Notes: generated by a model from the letters alone, not told the origin. Positions 50,764-62,140 are shown, numbered from the stretch's first letter. The stretch: 64,000 bases of DNA from an uncultured Kingella sp. (GCA_963529725.1 CAUSAW010000001.1:7339-71338), one strand, 5' to 3'. A program made the numbers and translations.

Positions 50764-52581
50764 ATGTCTGCCACACAACACGGAATGGACGTCGCCCACG
50801 TGGTCGCGCTTTTGGGCGCAGCGGTGGTTGCCGTGCCCTTGTTCAAGCGGCTCGGCTTGGGCTCGGTATTGGGCTATTTGGCGGCGGGGCTTGCCATCGG
50901 GCCCTTTGGCTTAGGGCTGTTTTCAGACGGGCACACCATCTTGCACGTCGCCGAATTGGGCGTGGTGATTTTCCTGTTCGTTATCGGCTTGGAGATGAAG
51001 CCGTCGCACCTGTGGCATTTGCGCAAGCAGATTTTCGGCTTGGGCAGCATGCAGGCGGTGGTGGCCGCCATTTTGCTGACCATTGTGGGGATGCTGTTCG
51101 GCTTTTCGTGGCAGATTTCCTTTATCTGCGCATCGGGCTTCGTGCTCACCTCCACCGCGATTGTGATGTCGGTGCTGGGCGAGCGCAATGAAATCGCCAC
51201 GCCTGCGGGGCAGAAAATCGTGTCTATTTTGCTGTTTGAAGATTTGCTGATTGTGCCGCTGCTGGCGATTGTGGCGTTTTTGTCGCCCGTGCGCATTGAA
51301 AGCAGCACGCCGCTGTGGCAGAGCATCGGCATTGCGCTGGGCTGCGTGGTCGCGCTGGTGGTGGCGGGACGTTGGCTGCTGAACCCGCTGTTTCGCGTGT
51401 TGGCGCGCAGCAAGGCGCGCGAAGTGATGACGGCGGCAGCATTGCTGGTGGTGCTGGGCGCGGGCGTGTTGATGGAAAAAGGCGGGCTGTCGATGGCGAT
51501 GGGCGCGTTTTTGGCGGGCGTGATGCTGTCGGAATCCAACTTTCGCCACCAGCTTGAAGCGGACGTTGAGCCGTTTCGCGGGCTGCTGCTGGGGCTGTTT
51601 TTCCTTGCCGTGGGTATGTCGCTGGATTTGAACGTGGTGGCGCAAAATTGGGCGTTGATTGCTTCGGGCGTGATGGCGTTGATGGCGGGCAAGGCGGCGT
51701 GTATTTACGCGGTGGCGCGGTTGGCAAAAAGCAGCCACGATGAAGCCTTGCAACGCGCGATGTTGATGGCGCAGGGCGGCGAATTTGCCTTTGTGTTGTT
51801 TGCCGATGCCAACGCGCAGGGCGTGATTAGCGATGCCAACAACGCCAATATGACGGCGATTGTGGTGCTGTCTATGGTGCTCACGCCGCTGCTGCTGATT
51901 ATTCACAGCAAGCTGCCGAAAAAAGCCGCCGCCGTGCGCGAAGCCGATGCCATTGATGAGCAACGCGCCGTGTTGCAAATTGGCTTTGGGCGATTTGGGC
52001 AAATTGTGTATTACGTTTTGGACGCGGCGGGCTTTGCCGTTACGCTGATTGATAAAGACGAAAACCTGATTGCAGGCATGGAAAAATACGGCGTGAAAAC
52101 CTATTTTGGCGACGGCTCGCGCCCCGAATTGCTGCTCACAGCAGGCATTGAAAAAGCCACGGTGCTGGTGGTGGCGATTGATAACAAAGCCGAAGCGGCG
52201 CAGATTGTGCGCTTTGCCCGCGAAGCCAATCCGCATATCAAAATCGTCGCCCGCGCTTACGACCGCACGCATACGTTTGAACTGCACCGCGCGGGCGCGG
52301 ACGAAATTATCCGCGAAACGTTTGACTCGGGCGTGCGCGCGGGCAAACGGGCGTTGGAATTTCTCGGCTTGCCGCGCGACACAGCAGAAAGCGCGGGCAA
52401 TATTTTCTACCGCATGGATAGAAGCGGTATGCACAAAATGGCGGTGCTGTACGACTCCGAGCAGGCAGGCGTGTTCTCCAACAAGGCGATGATGGACGAA
52501 GCCAGACGGCAAGACGCGCGGGTGAAAGAAGTGGTGCAGGCGATGTTGAATGGGGAGAAGGATTGGGACGAGGAGGTGTAG
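50764..52581 (+). CDS. CPA2 potassium/proton antiporter (KefB/KefC-like) with KTN domain
   Basis: LGLGSVLGYL, AELGVV, LLFEDL, QGGEFAFV, GFGRFGQ. Confidence 0.9.
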   Translation: MSATQHGMDVAHVVALLGAAVVAVPLFKRLGLGSVLGYLAAGLAIGPFGLGLFSDGHTILHVAELGVVIFLFVIGLEMKPSHLWHLRKQIFGLGSMQAVVAAILLTIVGMLFGFSWQISFICASGFVLTSTAIVMSVLGERNEIATPAGQKIVSILLFEDLLIVPLLAIVAFLSPVRIESSTPLWQSIGIALGCVVALVVAGRWLLNPLFRVLARSKAREVMTAAALLVVLGAGVLMEKGGLSMAMGAFLAGVMLSESNFRHQLEADVEPFRGLLLGLFFLAVGMSLDLNVVAQNWALIASGVMALMAGKAACIYAVARLAKSSHDEALQRAMLMAQGGEFAFVLFADANAQGVISDANNANMTAIVVLSMVLTPLLLIIHSKLPKKAAAVREADAIDEQRAVLQIGFGRFGQIVYYVLDAAGFAVTLIDKDENLIAGMEKYGVKTYFGDGSRPELLLTAGIEKATVLVVAIDNKAEAAQIVRFAREANPHIKIVARAYDRTHTFELHRAGADEIIRETFDSGVRAGKRALEFLGLPRDTAESAGNIFYRMDRSGMHKMAVLYDSEQAGVFSNKAMMDEARRQDARVKEVVQAMLNGEKDWDEEV

Positions 52582-52822
52582 CAGGTGGGTTTTAGCTACG
52601 CTGAACTGCGTTTCAGGCTGCCTATATGGGCGGGATAAAAAGCAGCCTGAAAATGGGAAACATGATTTCAGGCTGCCTTGGCTTTATCAGCACAACCAAA
52701 GGCAGCCTGAAAACGGGATGAGGCGTCTTCAGGCTGCCTATTTATGTAATATCCGCCAACCAAGCGCAAAACAGCCGCAGCGGTGCAGATAATCTGCGTT
52801 GCTGCGGCTGTTTGGCTTGGCT

Positions 52823-53911
52823 TTATTCCTGCTGCGGCGGGAAAAACAAAGCCGTGCCTTCAAACGCGAGCCGCATGGTGTCGCCGCTGCAAACGGGCGG
52901 CGCATGCACGGTGTCGAGCGTGAAGCAGACACCGTTGATGTTGAGGGCAACGGCGGTATAGCGGCCTTTGAACTCGATGCTTTCCACTTTCGCACCGAAC
53001 ACGGGCTGCGTGTTGTGCGGCGGCACGTTGGCTGTTTCCGTCAAAACAAACTGTTCGGGGCGGACGAGCAGTTTGCCTTCAATGGGATGTTCGGACGGCG
53101 TTTGCGGCGCGGCGGCCAGCGGAAATGTGCCGAGGGCGCATTGCGCCTGTGTGCCGTCGCTGCTGCGCTGTGCGTCCAGCACAATGCTGTCGCCGATAAA
53201 CTGCGCGGCGGCGAGGCTGCTGGGCGACCAATAGAGGCGGCGCGGGGTGTCGGTTTGCAGGATGCGGCCGTCTGAAAGCACGGCGATGCGGTCGGCATGG
53301 CTGAGGGCTTCGTCGCGGTCGTGGGTAACGAAGATGGCGGACGTGCCGCTTTGGCGCAGGGCGTGCAGCATTTCACGGCGGATTTTCTGCCGCAGGTGTT
53401 CGTCGAGCGCACTGAACGGTTCGTCAAACAAAATCAGCTCGGGTTCGGGCGCGAGGGCGCGGGCGAGGGCAACGCGCTGCTGCTGTCCTCCCGAAAGCTG
53501 GTGGGGGAAGCGGTTGGCGAGTTCGCCGATGCCAGTGAGCGACATCACGGCTTCGATGCGCTGCCTGTCCTGCGGGCTGCTGCCTTTGCCGTTGCCCAAG
53601 CCGTAGGCGATGTTGCGGTAAACCGAAAGGTGCGGGAACAGCACACCCTCTTGTACCACATAGCCGATGCGCCGCTGTTGTGTCGGCAGGGAAAAGCGGC
53701 TGTTGAAAATGCAGCGGTCTTTGAGCCAAATTTCGCCGCTGTCGGGCTGCTCAAAACCGGCGATGGCGCGCAACAGGGTGGTTTTGCCGCAGCCTGAAGG
53801 GCCGAGCAGAAACAGCATTTCGCCCTGCCGCAGTTCCAGATTGATGTCGCGCAGCGCGGCGGTAGTGCCGAAGGTTTTGTTTAGATTTCGGATGTGCAGA
53901 ACGGGAGTCAT
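52823..53911 (-). CDS. fbpC: Fe3+ ABC transporter ATPase
   Basis: GPSGCGKT, LSGGQQQR, FDEPF, VTHDRDEA. Confidence 0.92.
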   Translation of the reverse strand: MTPVLHIRNLNKTFGTTAALRDINLELRQGEMLFLLGPSGCGKTTLLRAIAGFEQPDSGEIWLKDRCIFNSRFSLPTQQRRIGYVVQEGVLFPHLSVYRNIAYGLGNGKGSSPQDRQRIEAVMSLTGIGELANRFPHQLSGGQQQRVALARALAPEPELILFDEPFSALDEHLRQKIRREMLHALRQSGTSAIFVTHDRDEALSHADRIAVLSDGRILQTDTPRRLYWSPSSLAAAQFIGDSIVLDAQRSSDGTQAQCALGTFPLAAAPQTPSEHPIEGKLLVRPEQFVLTETANVPPHNTQPVFGAKVESIEFKGRYTAVALNINGVCFTLDTVHAPPVCSGDTMRLAFEGTALFFPPQQE

Positions 53912-53912
53912 G

Positions 53913-55436
53913 TTATTGGAAGGCATATTTTTTCAGTAGAAACACGGGGATGCCCGAAAACAGGATGAGCATGGCGGCGTAGGGTGCGGCGGCGGCGTAT
54001 TGCGCGTCGCTGGTGTACGACCACACGGCGGTGGACAGGGTTTTGATGTCGTTGGGCGTGAGCAACAAAGTGGCGGTGAGTTCTTTCATCAGGTTGAGAA
54101 ACACCAGCGCAAACGCGGCGGTAATGCCCGGCAGCATGGCGGGGACAACCAGCGTGCGGAAAATATAAATGTTGCCGCGCCCCAAGCTCTGCCCGACTTT
54201 TTCCATGTTTTCGGGAAGCAGCTCAATCGGGCTGCGCAAAGCCGTCTGCGCCACGGGCAGGTAGAGGATGAAATAGGCGGCGATGATGACGGCAAAGGTT
54301 TGGTAGAGCGGATAGGCGTAGTTGATGGTGAAATAAATCAGCGACAGCGCGATAACCAACCCGGGCACGGCGTGCAGCAGAAAAGGCAGGCGGTCGAGCC
54401 ACAGGGTGAACCTGCTGCGGTAGCGCACCGCGCACCACACCAGCGGCAGGGCGGCGACCACGGTTAGCAGCGCGCCGAGCGAAGACATCATCAGCGAGTT
54501 GCCGAAGGCTTCCGCGAAGTCGGACAAGCTGTCGAGGCTGTTTTTGGAATTGCCCTCAACCAGCCAATAAGCCAGCGTGCCGACCGGAACGCCGATGCTG
54601 ACCGCAAACAACGCCGTTAAAAACAACACCGCGACGGCCTGCTGCCAGCCTGTGAGCGTTTTCACGGGATAGGGGCGAATCACGCCTTTGCCGCTGTGAA
54701 ACAGCTTGGCTTTGCCGCGAAACAGCATTTCGCCGCCCACCACGATAAAACAGATAAGCATCAATACGGCCGAAAGCAACGCGGCGGTATTGTTGTCGAA
54801 AGACATATCGTATTCTTGGAAAATGGCGGTGGTGAAGGTTTGGTAGTTCAAAATTGCCACCGCGCCAAACTCCACCAGCATGTGCAGTGCAATCAGCAGA
54901 ATGCTGCTGCCGATGGCGGGTTTGAGCTGGGGGAAAACGGCAAACCAAAATGTCTGCACAGGGCTTTTGCCCAGCGACAGGCTGACTTCCTGCAAGGAGC
55001 GGTCGAGCCGTTTGAGCGCGGCGGCAACGGGCAGATAGGCGAGCGGCGCGTAGCTGAGGCTCAAAATGGCAATCGTGCCGAACAGCCCTTCCACGCGGAA
55101 AGTCAGGCTAATCCAAGTAAAACAGCTCACAAAAGCGGGAATGCACAGCGGCAGGGCAACGGTCGTCTGAAAAAACGGTTTGCCCCAAAAACGGCAGCGT
55201 TCCAGCAGAAACGCACAAACCGTGCCGACGGTAACTGCCACGGCGGTTACGCCCACCATCAGGTAAAGCGTATTGAGCAGCAGCTCCGCCATGCGCGGCC
55301 GCCATAGCAATTCGATGCTGCGTTCCAGCCCGACTTCGTAACTACGGAATATCAGATACAGGAAAGGCAGCAGCAGCGGCAGGCTGATGAAAACTGCGGC
55401 CAGCATCAGCCACAGAGGGGGGCGGGGGTGTTTCAA
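53913..55436 (-). CDS. fbpB: Fe3+ ABC transporter permease
   Basis: Two permease repeats; HMLVEFGAV, MKELTATLLL; probable TTG start at 55436. Confidence 0.9.
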   Translation of the reverse strand: MKHPRPPLWLMLAAVFISLPLLLPFLYLIFRSYEVGLERSIELLWRPRMAELLLNTLYLMVGVTAVAVTVGTVCAFLLERCRFWGKPFFQTTVALPLCIPAFVSCFTWISLTFRVEGLFGTIAILSLSYAPLAYLPVAAALKRLDRSLQEVSLSLGKSPVQTFWFAVFPQLKPAIGSSILLIALHMLVEFGAVAILNYQTFTTAIFQEYDMSFDNNTAALLSAVLMLICFIVVGGEMLFRGKAKLFHSGKGVIRPYPVKTLTGWQQAVAVLFLTALFAVSIGVPVGTLAYWLVEGNSKNSLDSLSDFAEAFGNSLMMSSLGALLTVVAALPLVWCAVRYRSRFTLWLDRLPFLLHAVPGLVIALSLIYFTINYAYPLYQTFAVIIAAYFILYLPVAQTALRSPIELLPENMEKVGQSLGRGNIYIFRTLVVPAMLPGITAAFALVFLNLMKELTATLLLTPNDIKTLSTAVWSYTSDAQYAAAAPYAAMLILFSGIPVFLLKKYAFQ

Positions 55437-55488
55437 ATCAGGCTTTCTTTCAAAACGGGTTTCAAGGGCGGATAACGGCTGCCGCAAA

Positions 55489-55517
55489 AAATGCCCTTTT
55501 GCGGCAAAGGGCATTTC
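55489..55517. terminator. Intercistronic stem-loop between fbpA and fbpB
   Basis: AAATGCCCTTT-TGCGGC-AAAGGGCATTT. Confidence 0.65.
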
Positions 55518-55535
55518 GGCTTACCGGCGGCAGGC

Positions 55536-56564
<1,029 letters not shown>

Positions 56565-56597
56565 TTAATCGGTGCAACAATTACGGGCGAAATTGTA

Positions 56598-56636
56598 AAA
56601 TAATTGCACGAAAAATACAAATTATTATTATTTCTG
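56598..56636 (-). promoter_or_regulatory. Probable Fur-binding AT-rich site upstream of fbpA
   Basis: Minus strand AAATAATAATAATTTGTATTT... resembles Fur hexamer arrays. Confidence 0.45.
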
Positions 56637-56967
56637 CTAAGTTTGCAAGTGAATGTTAAGGCATCGGTTTGGAATGTTTCCGTTTGTTAAATATTTGTTT
56701 TTATGCGGAGTGCTCGGATGCAAAGCAAACTCGCACGCTTCGCAGGCTATCTAATCCGCCGTCAAGCAGAGCGAAGCCGCATGGCTCAGGATAATCTGCG
56801 CCAGCCGCCCAATCATCATAAAGCGGGAAAACGACTGCTGAGGCAGCCTGAAAACGCGCTTGCCGATAGCCGCAGGCTCATGCACGGCTGATATAATGGC
56901 GGCGATACGCCCTACTCCGATTATTTTCAAACCGTTATTTTCAAACCGTTAAGTTAAAGGTTATGCG

Positions 56968-57198
56968 ATGAAATTATTGATTGTTGCCGCGGTTGCCGCG
57001 CTCAGCCTTGCCGCATGCGGCGGCACACATACAGAACGAACTTGGGACAAATCGCAAGAACTTCGCGGCGCGGATTGGGGCAAAACCCAAGCCGATTTAA
57101 ACGCTGCGGGCAAAGGCAGAGTGCAAGCCAATTGGCAGCAAATGCGCGATAATTTACTCAACGGCAATGCGGGGAAACCCAACGCAGCCATTAAATAA
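56968..57198 (+). CDS. Small hypothetical lipoprotein
   Basis: MKLLIVAAVAALSLAAC lipobox; RBS AAAGG. Confidence 0.75.
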   Translation: MKLLIVAAVAALSLAACGGTHTERTWDKSQELRGADWGKTQADLNAAGKGRVQANWQQMRDNLLNGNAGKPNAAIK

Positions 57199-57222
57199 AA
57201 TATAAAATCAACAGGTTACAAA

Positions 57223-57795
57223 ATGCTTTTATTTATCGACAACTACGACAGCTTCACCTACAACATCGTTCAATATCTCGGCGAGCTGGGGCAAGACGTA
57301 TCCGTGCGCTGCAACGATGCCGTCAGCTTAGACGAAATCGCCGCGCTGAACCCGCGCTATCTGGTGATTGGCCCGGGGCCTTGCACGCCCAAAGAAGCGG
57401 GGATTTCGGTGGCGGCGATGCGGCATTTCGCGGGCAAAATCCCCATTTTGGGCGTGTGCTTGGGGCATCAAACCATCGGCGAAGCGTTTGGCGGCAAGGT
57501 GGTTCGCGCCAACACCTTGATGCACGGCAAAACTTCGCCCGTGTTTCACGAAAATTTAGGCGTGTTCAAAGGCTTGCCCAACCCTGTGGTTTGCACGCGC
57601 TATCACAGCCTGGTGATTGACCGTGCCAGCCTGCCCGAGCATCTGCACATCACGGCGTGGACGGAAGACGGCACGATTATGGGCATCCGCCACCGCGATT
57701 ACGCCATTGAAGGAGTGCAATTCCACCCCGAAGGCTTGCTCACCGAGCATGGGCACGAAATGCTGAAAAACTTTTTGGACGAATTTGCCGCGTGA
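57223..57795 (+). CDS. trpG: Anthranilate/aminodeoxychorismate synthase component II
   Basis: [31 protein letters not shown]. Confidence 0.9.
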   Translation: MLLFIDNYDSFTYNIVQYLGELGQDVSVRCNDAVSLDEIAALNPRYLVIGPGPCTPKEAGISVAAMRHFAGKIPILGVCLGHQTIGEAFGGKVVRANTLMHGKTSPVFHENLGVFKGLPNPVVCTRYHSLVIDRASLPEHLHITAWTEDGTIMGIRHRDYAIEGVQFHPEGLLTEHGHEMLKNFLDEFAA

Positions 57796-57814
57796 TTGAA
57801 TAGCCGCCGCAACG

Positions 57815-57846
57815 AAAAAAAGGACGTATCGATAACGTCCTTTTTG
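57815..57846. terminator. Bidirectional terminator
   Basis: AAAAAAAGGACGT-ATCGATA-ACGTCCTTTTTT. Confidence 0.8.
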
Positions 57847-57910
57847 TTATGCGCGGTGGTTTGGGCACACAAGTTTTGCGCGGCGTGATTTTCAGGCTGC
57901 CACAGTGTTT

Positions 57911-58579
57911 TCAGGCTGCCGCTGCCAACCAGCGCGCCGCTTTTGCCAAACGCTCCGCCACATCATCAAAATGCCCGCCCGCGTTGATTTCATAGCGCAG
58001 CGGCACGCCATACGCCTGCCATTGCGCCACCGTGTGTTCCATCGCAGCCTGAACCTGCGCCAGCCGCGCATTTTTGCTGTTTGCCTCTTGCTCGCCCAGC
58101 GAAAAATACATCGCAGCAGGCAAGGTTTTGGGTGTGTGGCTGACGGCAAAATCTGTCCAACCATCAAACCAAAGGCTGCCTGAAACGCAAGCAACGCGTT
58201 GAAAATACGGCATTTCATACGCCGCATACAGCGCAAACAAGCCTGCCAACGAATAACCAAGCAAACCGCGCCACTCAGGCTGCCAGCCCATGCGCTGCTC
58301 CACTTCTGCCACCAGCGTTTGCGTGAACCACGCATGATACGCCGTCGCGCCACCGCCAAAATCCGCCGCTTTTTTGTATAACTTCGGCGCTGCCCACGGC
58401 GTAAACGATTGCTCCCAATCGGGCTCCATCAGCGCCACCACATTGTATTCAGGCAGCCTGAAAGCCAGCTCATCGGCTTGCGCTTCTTGATCCACAAACG
58501 CATAAAATGTGGGCGCAGCAGGCTGCACGTTGTAGACAAAAATCGTTTTGTTTTCAATGTTGAATGTTTGTTTACTCAT
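57911..58579 (-). CDS. Alpha/beta-hydrolase-fold putative esterase
   Basis: GYSLAG nucleophile elbow, SGSLWF, SLGEQE, NAGGHF. Confidence 0.8.
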   Translation of the reverse strand: MSKQTFNIENKTIFVYNVQPAAPTFYAFVDQEAQADELAFRLPEYNVVALMEPDWEQSFTPWAAPKLYKKAADFGGGATAYHAWFTQTLVAEVEQRMGWQPEWRGLLGYSLAGLFALYAAYEMPYFQRVACVSGSLWFDGWTDFAVSHTPKTLPAAMYFSLGEQEANSKNARLAQVQAAMEHTVAQWQAYGVPLRYEINAGGHFDDVAERLAKAARWLAAAA

Positions 58580-59357
58580 CTTCGTTCTCCAACCAAATCA
58601 TGCTGACCATTCGCCCTGTAGAGCCGTCGCGGCGGTAGGAAAAAAAAGTTTCGCGTTCCAACACGGTGCAATGTTCGCCACCAAAAATCTGCGTTACGCC
58701 CTCGCGCCGCAAAATCAGTCGCGCCAAGCCGTAAATATCGGCAAGATATTTGCCGTTCTCAATCGGCGCAAACAGTGCTTCCGCTGCCTGATTTTGCGCG
58801 CAAAACGCATCAAACACATCCTGCCCCACTTCAAAAGCCTCCGCGCCAATCGCAGGGGCAAAATACGCCATGATTTCCATCGCTGGCACGCCCATTGCGG
58901 CAACGGTATTTTGCAACACGCCATCTGCCAAACCGCGCCAGCCCGCGTGCGCCGCCGCCACCACCGTGCCCGTGCGATCGCAAAACAACACGGGCAGGCA
59001 ATCCGCCGTCATCACCGCGCACGCCACTTTGCCGCTGGCGTCCACCGAAGCATCGGCGTTTAACGACGCGGCAACGCTGTCGGCAGCCTGAACCACAATG
59101 GTGCTGTGCGTTTGCTGCAAATAAGCAATGGGAACAGGCACTTGCGTTTGCACATACGCGCGGTTTTGCGCCACATGGTCGGGGTCGTCGCCCACATGCG
59201 CGCCCACGTTCAGGCTGCTGTATGCGCCGCTGCTCACGCCGCCATTGCGCGTGGTAATCAGCGTTTTCACATGGCGCGGCGCTGTCCAATTGGCGGTAAA
59301 AAAGCTGCCCTCAATGGGGCTAGGCAAATGGATGGCGGAAGAAAGGGAGTTGTGCAT
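58572..59357 (-). CDS. pgeF: Peptidoglycan editing factor / purine nucleoside phosphorylase YfiH
   Basis: TTRNGGVS, MTADCLPV, AAHAGWRG, FFSYRR. Confidence 0.93.
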   Translation of the reverse strand: MHNSLSSAIHLPSPIEGSFFTANWTAPRHVKTLITTRNGGVSSGAYSSLNVGAHVGDDPDHVAQNRAYVQTQVPVPIAYLQQTHSTIVVQAADSVAASLNADASVDASGKVACAVMTADCLPVLFCDRTGTVVAAAHAGWRGLADGVLQNTVAAMGVPAMEIMAYFAPAIGAEAFEVGQDVFDAFCAQNQAAEALFAPIENGKYLADIYGLARLILRREGVTQIFGGEHCTVLERETFFSYRRDGSTGRMVSMIWLENEDE

Positions 59358-59604
59358 AAGATTCCTTTTAGGGCGAATAGGCAGCCTGAAAACCATTTTG
59401 GGCGCGCGTTTGGGCTTCATTTGTTTTCAGGCTGCCTTGTTATCAGCGCGGGCATGGCAACATTTGAACCGCTAGCCAATCCATTGATGCTGGATCAGCC
59501 ATGATTCCACTTCCGCCAAAAATGGCGGATTGATTTCTTTATCGCCATGCAAAGGCAGCCTGAAAATTGCATTCGCCGTTTTCAGGCTGCCTTTTGCGTG
59601 CCGT

Positions 59605-61185
59605 TTAATGGCGGAAATGTCGCACGCCCGTTACCACCATCGCCATGCCGTGCTCATCGGCTGCGGCGAACACTTCTTCATCGCGCACCGAGCCTGCGGG
59701 GTGGATAATCGCTTTGATGCCCTGTTCGGCGATCACGTCCACGCCGTCGCGGAAGGGGAAGAAGGCATCCGATGCCGCGCACGCGCCGTGCAAATCCAAG
59801 CCTGCGTCTTGCGCTTTGCGGGCGGCGATGCGGGTGGAGTCCACGCGGCTCATCTGGCCTGCGCCGATGCCGTAGGTTTGTCCGTCTTTGCCGAACACGA
59901 TGGCGTTGGATTTCACAAATTTCGCCACGTTCCACACAAACAGCAAGTCCGCCCATTCCTGCTCGCTGGGTTGGCGTTTGGAGACGACTTTCAAATCGGC
60001 GCGGGCAATCTGATGAATATCAGGCGTTTGCACCAATAATCCGCCGCCCACGCGCTTCAATTCAAAGCGGTTCGCGCCCGCCTGCAACGGGATTTGCAAC
60101 ACGCGCACATTTTTCTTTTCCGCCAGCACGGCTAAGGCTTCGGCGGTGAACGCAGGCGACATAATCACTTCCATAAATTGGTTGTCGGTGATTTGTTTGG
60201 CGGTTGCGCCGTCCACTTCGCGGTTAAAGGCGATGATGCCGCCGAATGCGCTGGTGGTGTCGGTGGCGTAGGCCAGGCGGTAGGCGGCAAGCGTGTTATC
60301 GGCAACGGCAACGCCGCAGGGGTTGGCGTGTTTCACGATGACGCAAGCGGGCGCGTCAAACGATTTGACGGCTTCCCAAGCGGCATCGGCATCGGCGATG
60401 TTGTTATACGACAGCTCTTTGCCTTGCAGCTGGGTGTAGCTGGAAAGGCAGCCTGAAAACGGGTAAACATCGCGGTAAAACGCGGCTTGCTGGTGTGGGT
60501 TTTCGCCGTAGCGCATTTCCTGCACTTTGAGCCAGCTTTGGTTGAACTGGGCGGGGAAGGTGCCGATTTCGGGTTCGCCCAATAATTTTTCGTCCGACAC
60601 GCTGGTGAGATAGTTGGAAATCATGCCGTCGTATTGGGCGGTGTGGCTGAACGCTTTGCGGGCAAGGTTGAAGCGGGTTTTGTCGGATAGGCAGCCTGAA
60701 AGTTTTAATTCGTTGATGACGCTGTCAAAATCGTTGTTGTCGGTAACGATGGCGACGTGTTTCCAGTTTTTGGCGGCGGAACGCACCATGGTGGGGCCGC
60801 CGATGTCGATGTTTTCAATCGCGTCTTCCAGCGTGCAGCCGGGCTTGGCGATGGTGGCGGCAAAGGGGTAAAGGTTCACGCACACAAGGTCAATGTTGCC
60901 GATGCCGTGTTCCGCCATCTGCGCGGTGTGGTCGCTTAAATCGCGCCGTCCGAGTATGCCGCCGTGGATTTTCGGGTGCAGGGTTTTCACGCGCCCGTCC
61001 AGCATTTCGGGGAAGCCTGTGTAGTCGGCGACTTCCACTACGGGAATGCCGACATCGGCAAGTAGCTTGGCGGTGCCGCCTGTGGACAGGATTTCTACGC
61101 CCATCGAGTGCAGGGCTTGGGCAAAGGGGACAATGCCTGATTTGTCGGACAGGCTGATTAGGGCGCGTTGGATTTTTGTGGACAT
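59605..61185 (-). CDS. purH: Bifunctional AICAR transformylase/IMP cyclohydrolase
   Basis: [35 protein letters not shown]. Confidence 0.97.
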   Translation of the reverse strand: MSTKIQRALISLSDKSGIVPFAQALHSMGVEILSTGGTAKLLADVGIPVVEVADYTGFPEMLDGRVKTLHPKIHGGILGRRDLSDHTAQMAEHGIGNIDLVCVNLYPFAATIAKPGCTLEDAIENIDIGGPTMVRSAAKNWKHVAIVTDNNDFDSVINELKLSGCLSDKTRFNLARKAFSHTAQYDGMISNYLTSVSDEKLLGEPEIGTFPAQFNQSWLKVQEMRYGENPHQQAAFYRDVYPFSGCLSSYTQLQGKELSYNNIADADAAWEAVKSFDAPACVIVKHANPCGVAVADNTLAAYRLAYATDTTSAFGGIIAFNREVDGATAKQITDNQFMEVIMSPAFTAEALAVLAEKKNVRVLQIPLQAGANRFELKRVGGGLLVQTPDIHQIARADLKVVSKRQPSEQEWADLLFVWNVAKFVKSNAIVFGKDGQTYGIGAGQMSRVDSTRIAARKAQDAGLDLHGACAASDAFFPFRDGVDVIAEQGIKAIIHPAGSVRDEEVFAAADEHGMAMVVTGVRHFRH

Positions 61186-61248
61186 GGGTTCTTTCGGGGT
61201 TGGGTTGGAGAAAAAGGCGTTTCAGGCTGCCTGAAAGGGTTAATGGCG

Positions 61249-61947
61249 TTAGCTGAGCGATTGGATGTGTTGCGCCAATCGCTCAGGCGTGGCTTCCCAT
61301 TCGGGCTGGGCTAGGATTGCGCAAATACGCTGAACTTGCTCAGGCGCGATAATGGGTTTTGTAAACCGTTGAACATAAGGAATAAATTGATTGGTTAAGC
61401 AAACCCTATCTGGAAATTCGGTTCGCAGTTGGCAAGCGCGGTGGGTAAACACAACAATAGAGTGAAATCGGTTTTCAGGCTGCCTAACCAGTTGCTCCAA
61501 TGCTTTAATGTGGGCGTAATTTTGGTGCAAAGGATTGGTAAACGGATATTTTTCATGGCGGGATTTGGTATGCCACCATGTTTTTTGTTGTGCGCCACCA
61601 AAAATCCAGCCTTCATAATATTTCGCTTCTATCACAAACACGCCAAACGGCGACACGATAATGTTGTCAATTTGCGTGGTTGCGCCGTTGTGTGGAATGA
61701 TGAGATTGTGAAAATAGTGGTACTGGCTGCGGTCTAGCTTATTCAATGCTTCCACTTTAATGATTTGCTCGCCTACTGCCCCTTTTTTGATGTTGATATT
61801 TGCAATTTCAGGCTGCCTTTTGTTAGCTGGCGGTTGCTTGGTTTTTCTACGTTTAGGCGTGTTTTTAGGTTCATCTTCGCTGCTGACGGCTTGGATAACA
61901 GCAAACAGCAAAACGATGAACACAAGAACGTAAGCAAATAATTCCAT
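61249..61947 (-). CDS. Membrane-anchored NERD (PD-(D/E)xK) nuclease-domain protein
   Basis: N-terminal TM; KGAVGE, QIDNIIVSPFGVFVIEAKYY, NPLHQN. Confidence 0.85.
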   Translation of the reverse strand: MELFAYVLVFIVLLFAVIQAVSSEDEPKNTPKRRKTKQPPANKRQPEIANINIKKGAVGEQIIKVEALNKLDRSQYHYFHNLIIPHNGATTQIDNIIVSPFGVFVIEAKYYEGWIFGGAQQKTWWHTKSRHEKYPFTNPLHQNYAHIKALEQLVRQPENRFHSIVVFTHRACQLRTEFPDRVCLTNQFIPYVQRFTKPIIAPEQVQRICAILAQPEWEATPERLAQHIQSLS

Positions 61948-61959
61948 TTTCAGGCTGCC

Positions 61960-62079
61960 TTACCGCCCACGATACTCTTGCAAACGCAATTTCTCCCCCG
62001 TTTCGGTTTTAATCCCTGTTTCCAAAACCGAGCAGGCGGTGAGCAAAGCGATAAGCGTTAGGATGATGATTTTATTCAT
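61960..62079 (-). CDS. 39-aa lipoprotein not in the ORF track
   Basis: MNKIIILTLIALLTAC-SVLETGIKTETGEKLRLQEYRGR*; LTAC lipobox. Confidence 0.65.
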   Translation of the reverse strand: MNKIIILTLIALLTACSVLETGIKTETGEKLRLQEYRGR

Positions 62080-62140
62080 GTTTAGATGATATTAAAGGCA
62101 GCCTGAAAATCTGTGCATGGCGTTTTCAGGCTGCCTTGGT

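Noticed and set aside
50923..52512. 529-aa antisense ORF over the kef antiporter, and similar long shadow ORFs over lysA, purM, dcd and recD
   Set aside because: These are GC-rich antisense shadows of clear genes and carry no recognisable motifs.
56700..56891. 62-aa ORF or possible ncRNA between fbpA and the small lipoprotein gene
   Set aside because: It has no RBS, matches no RNA family I recognise (tmRNA, SRP, RNase P, 6S), and its tail is DUS-derived.
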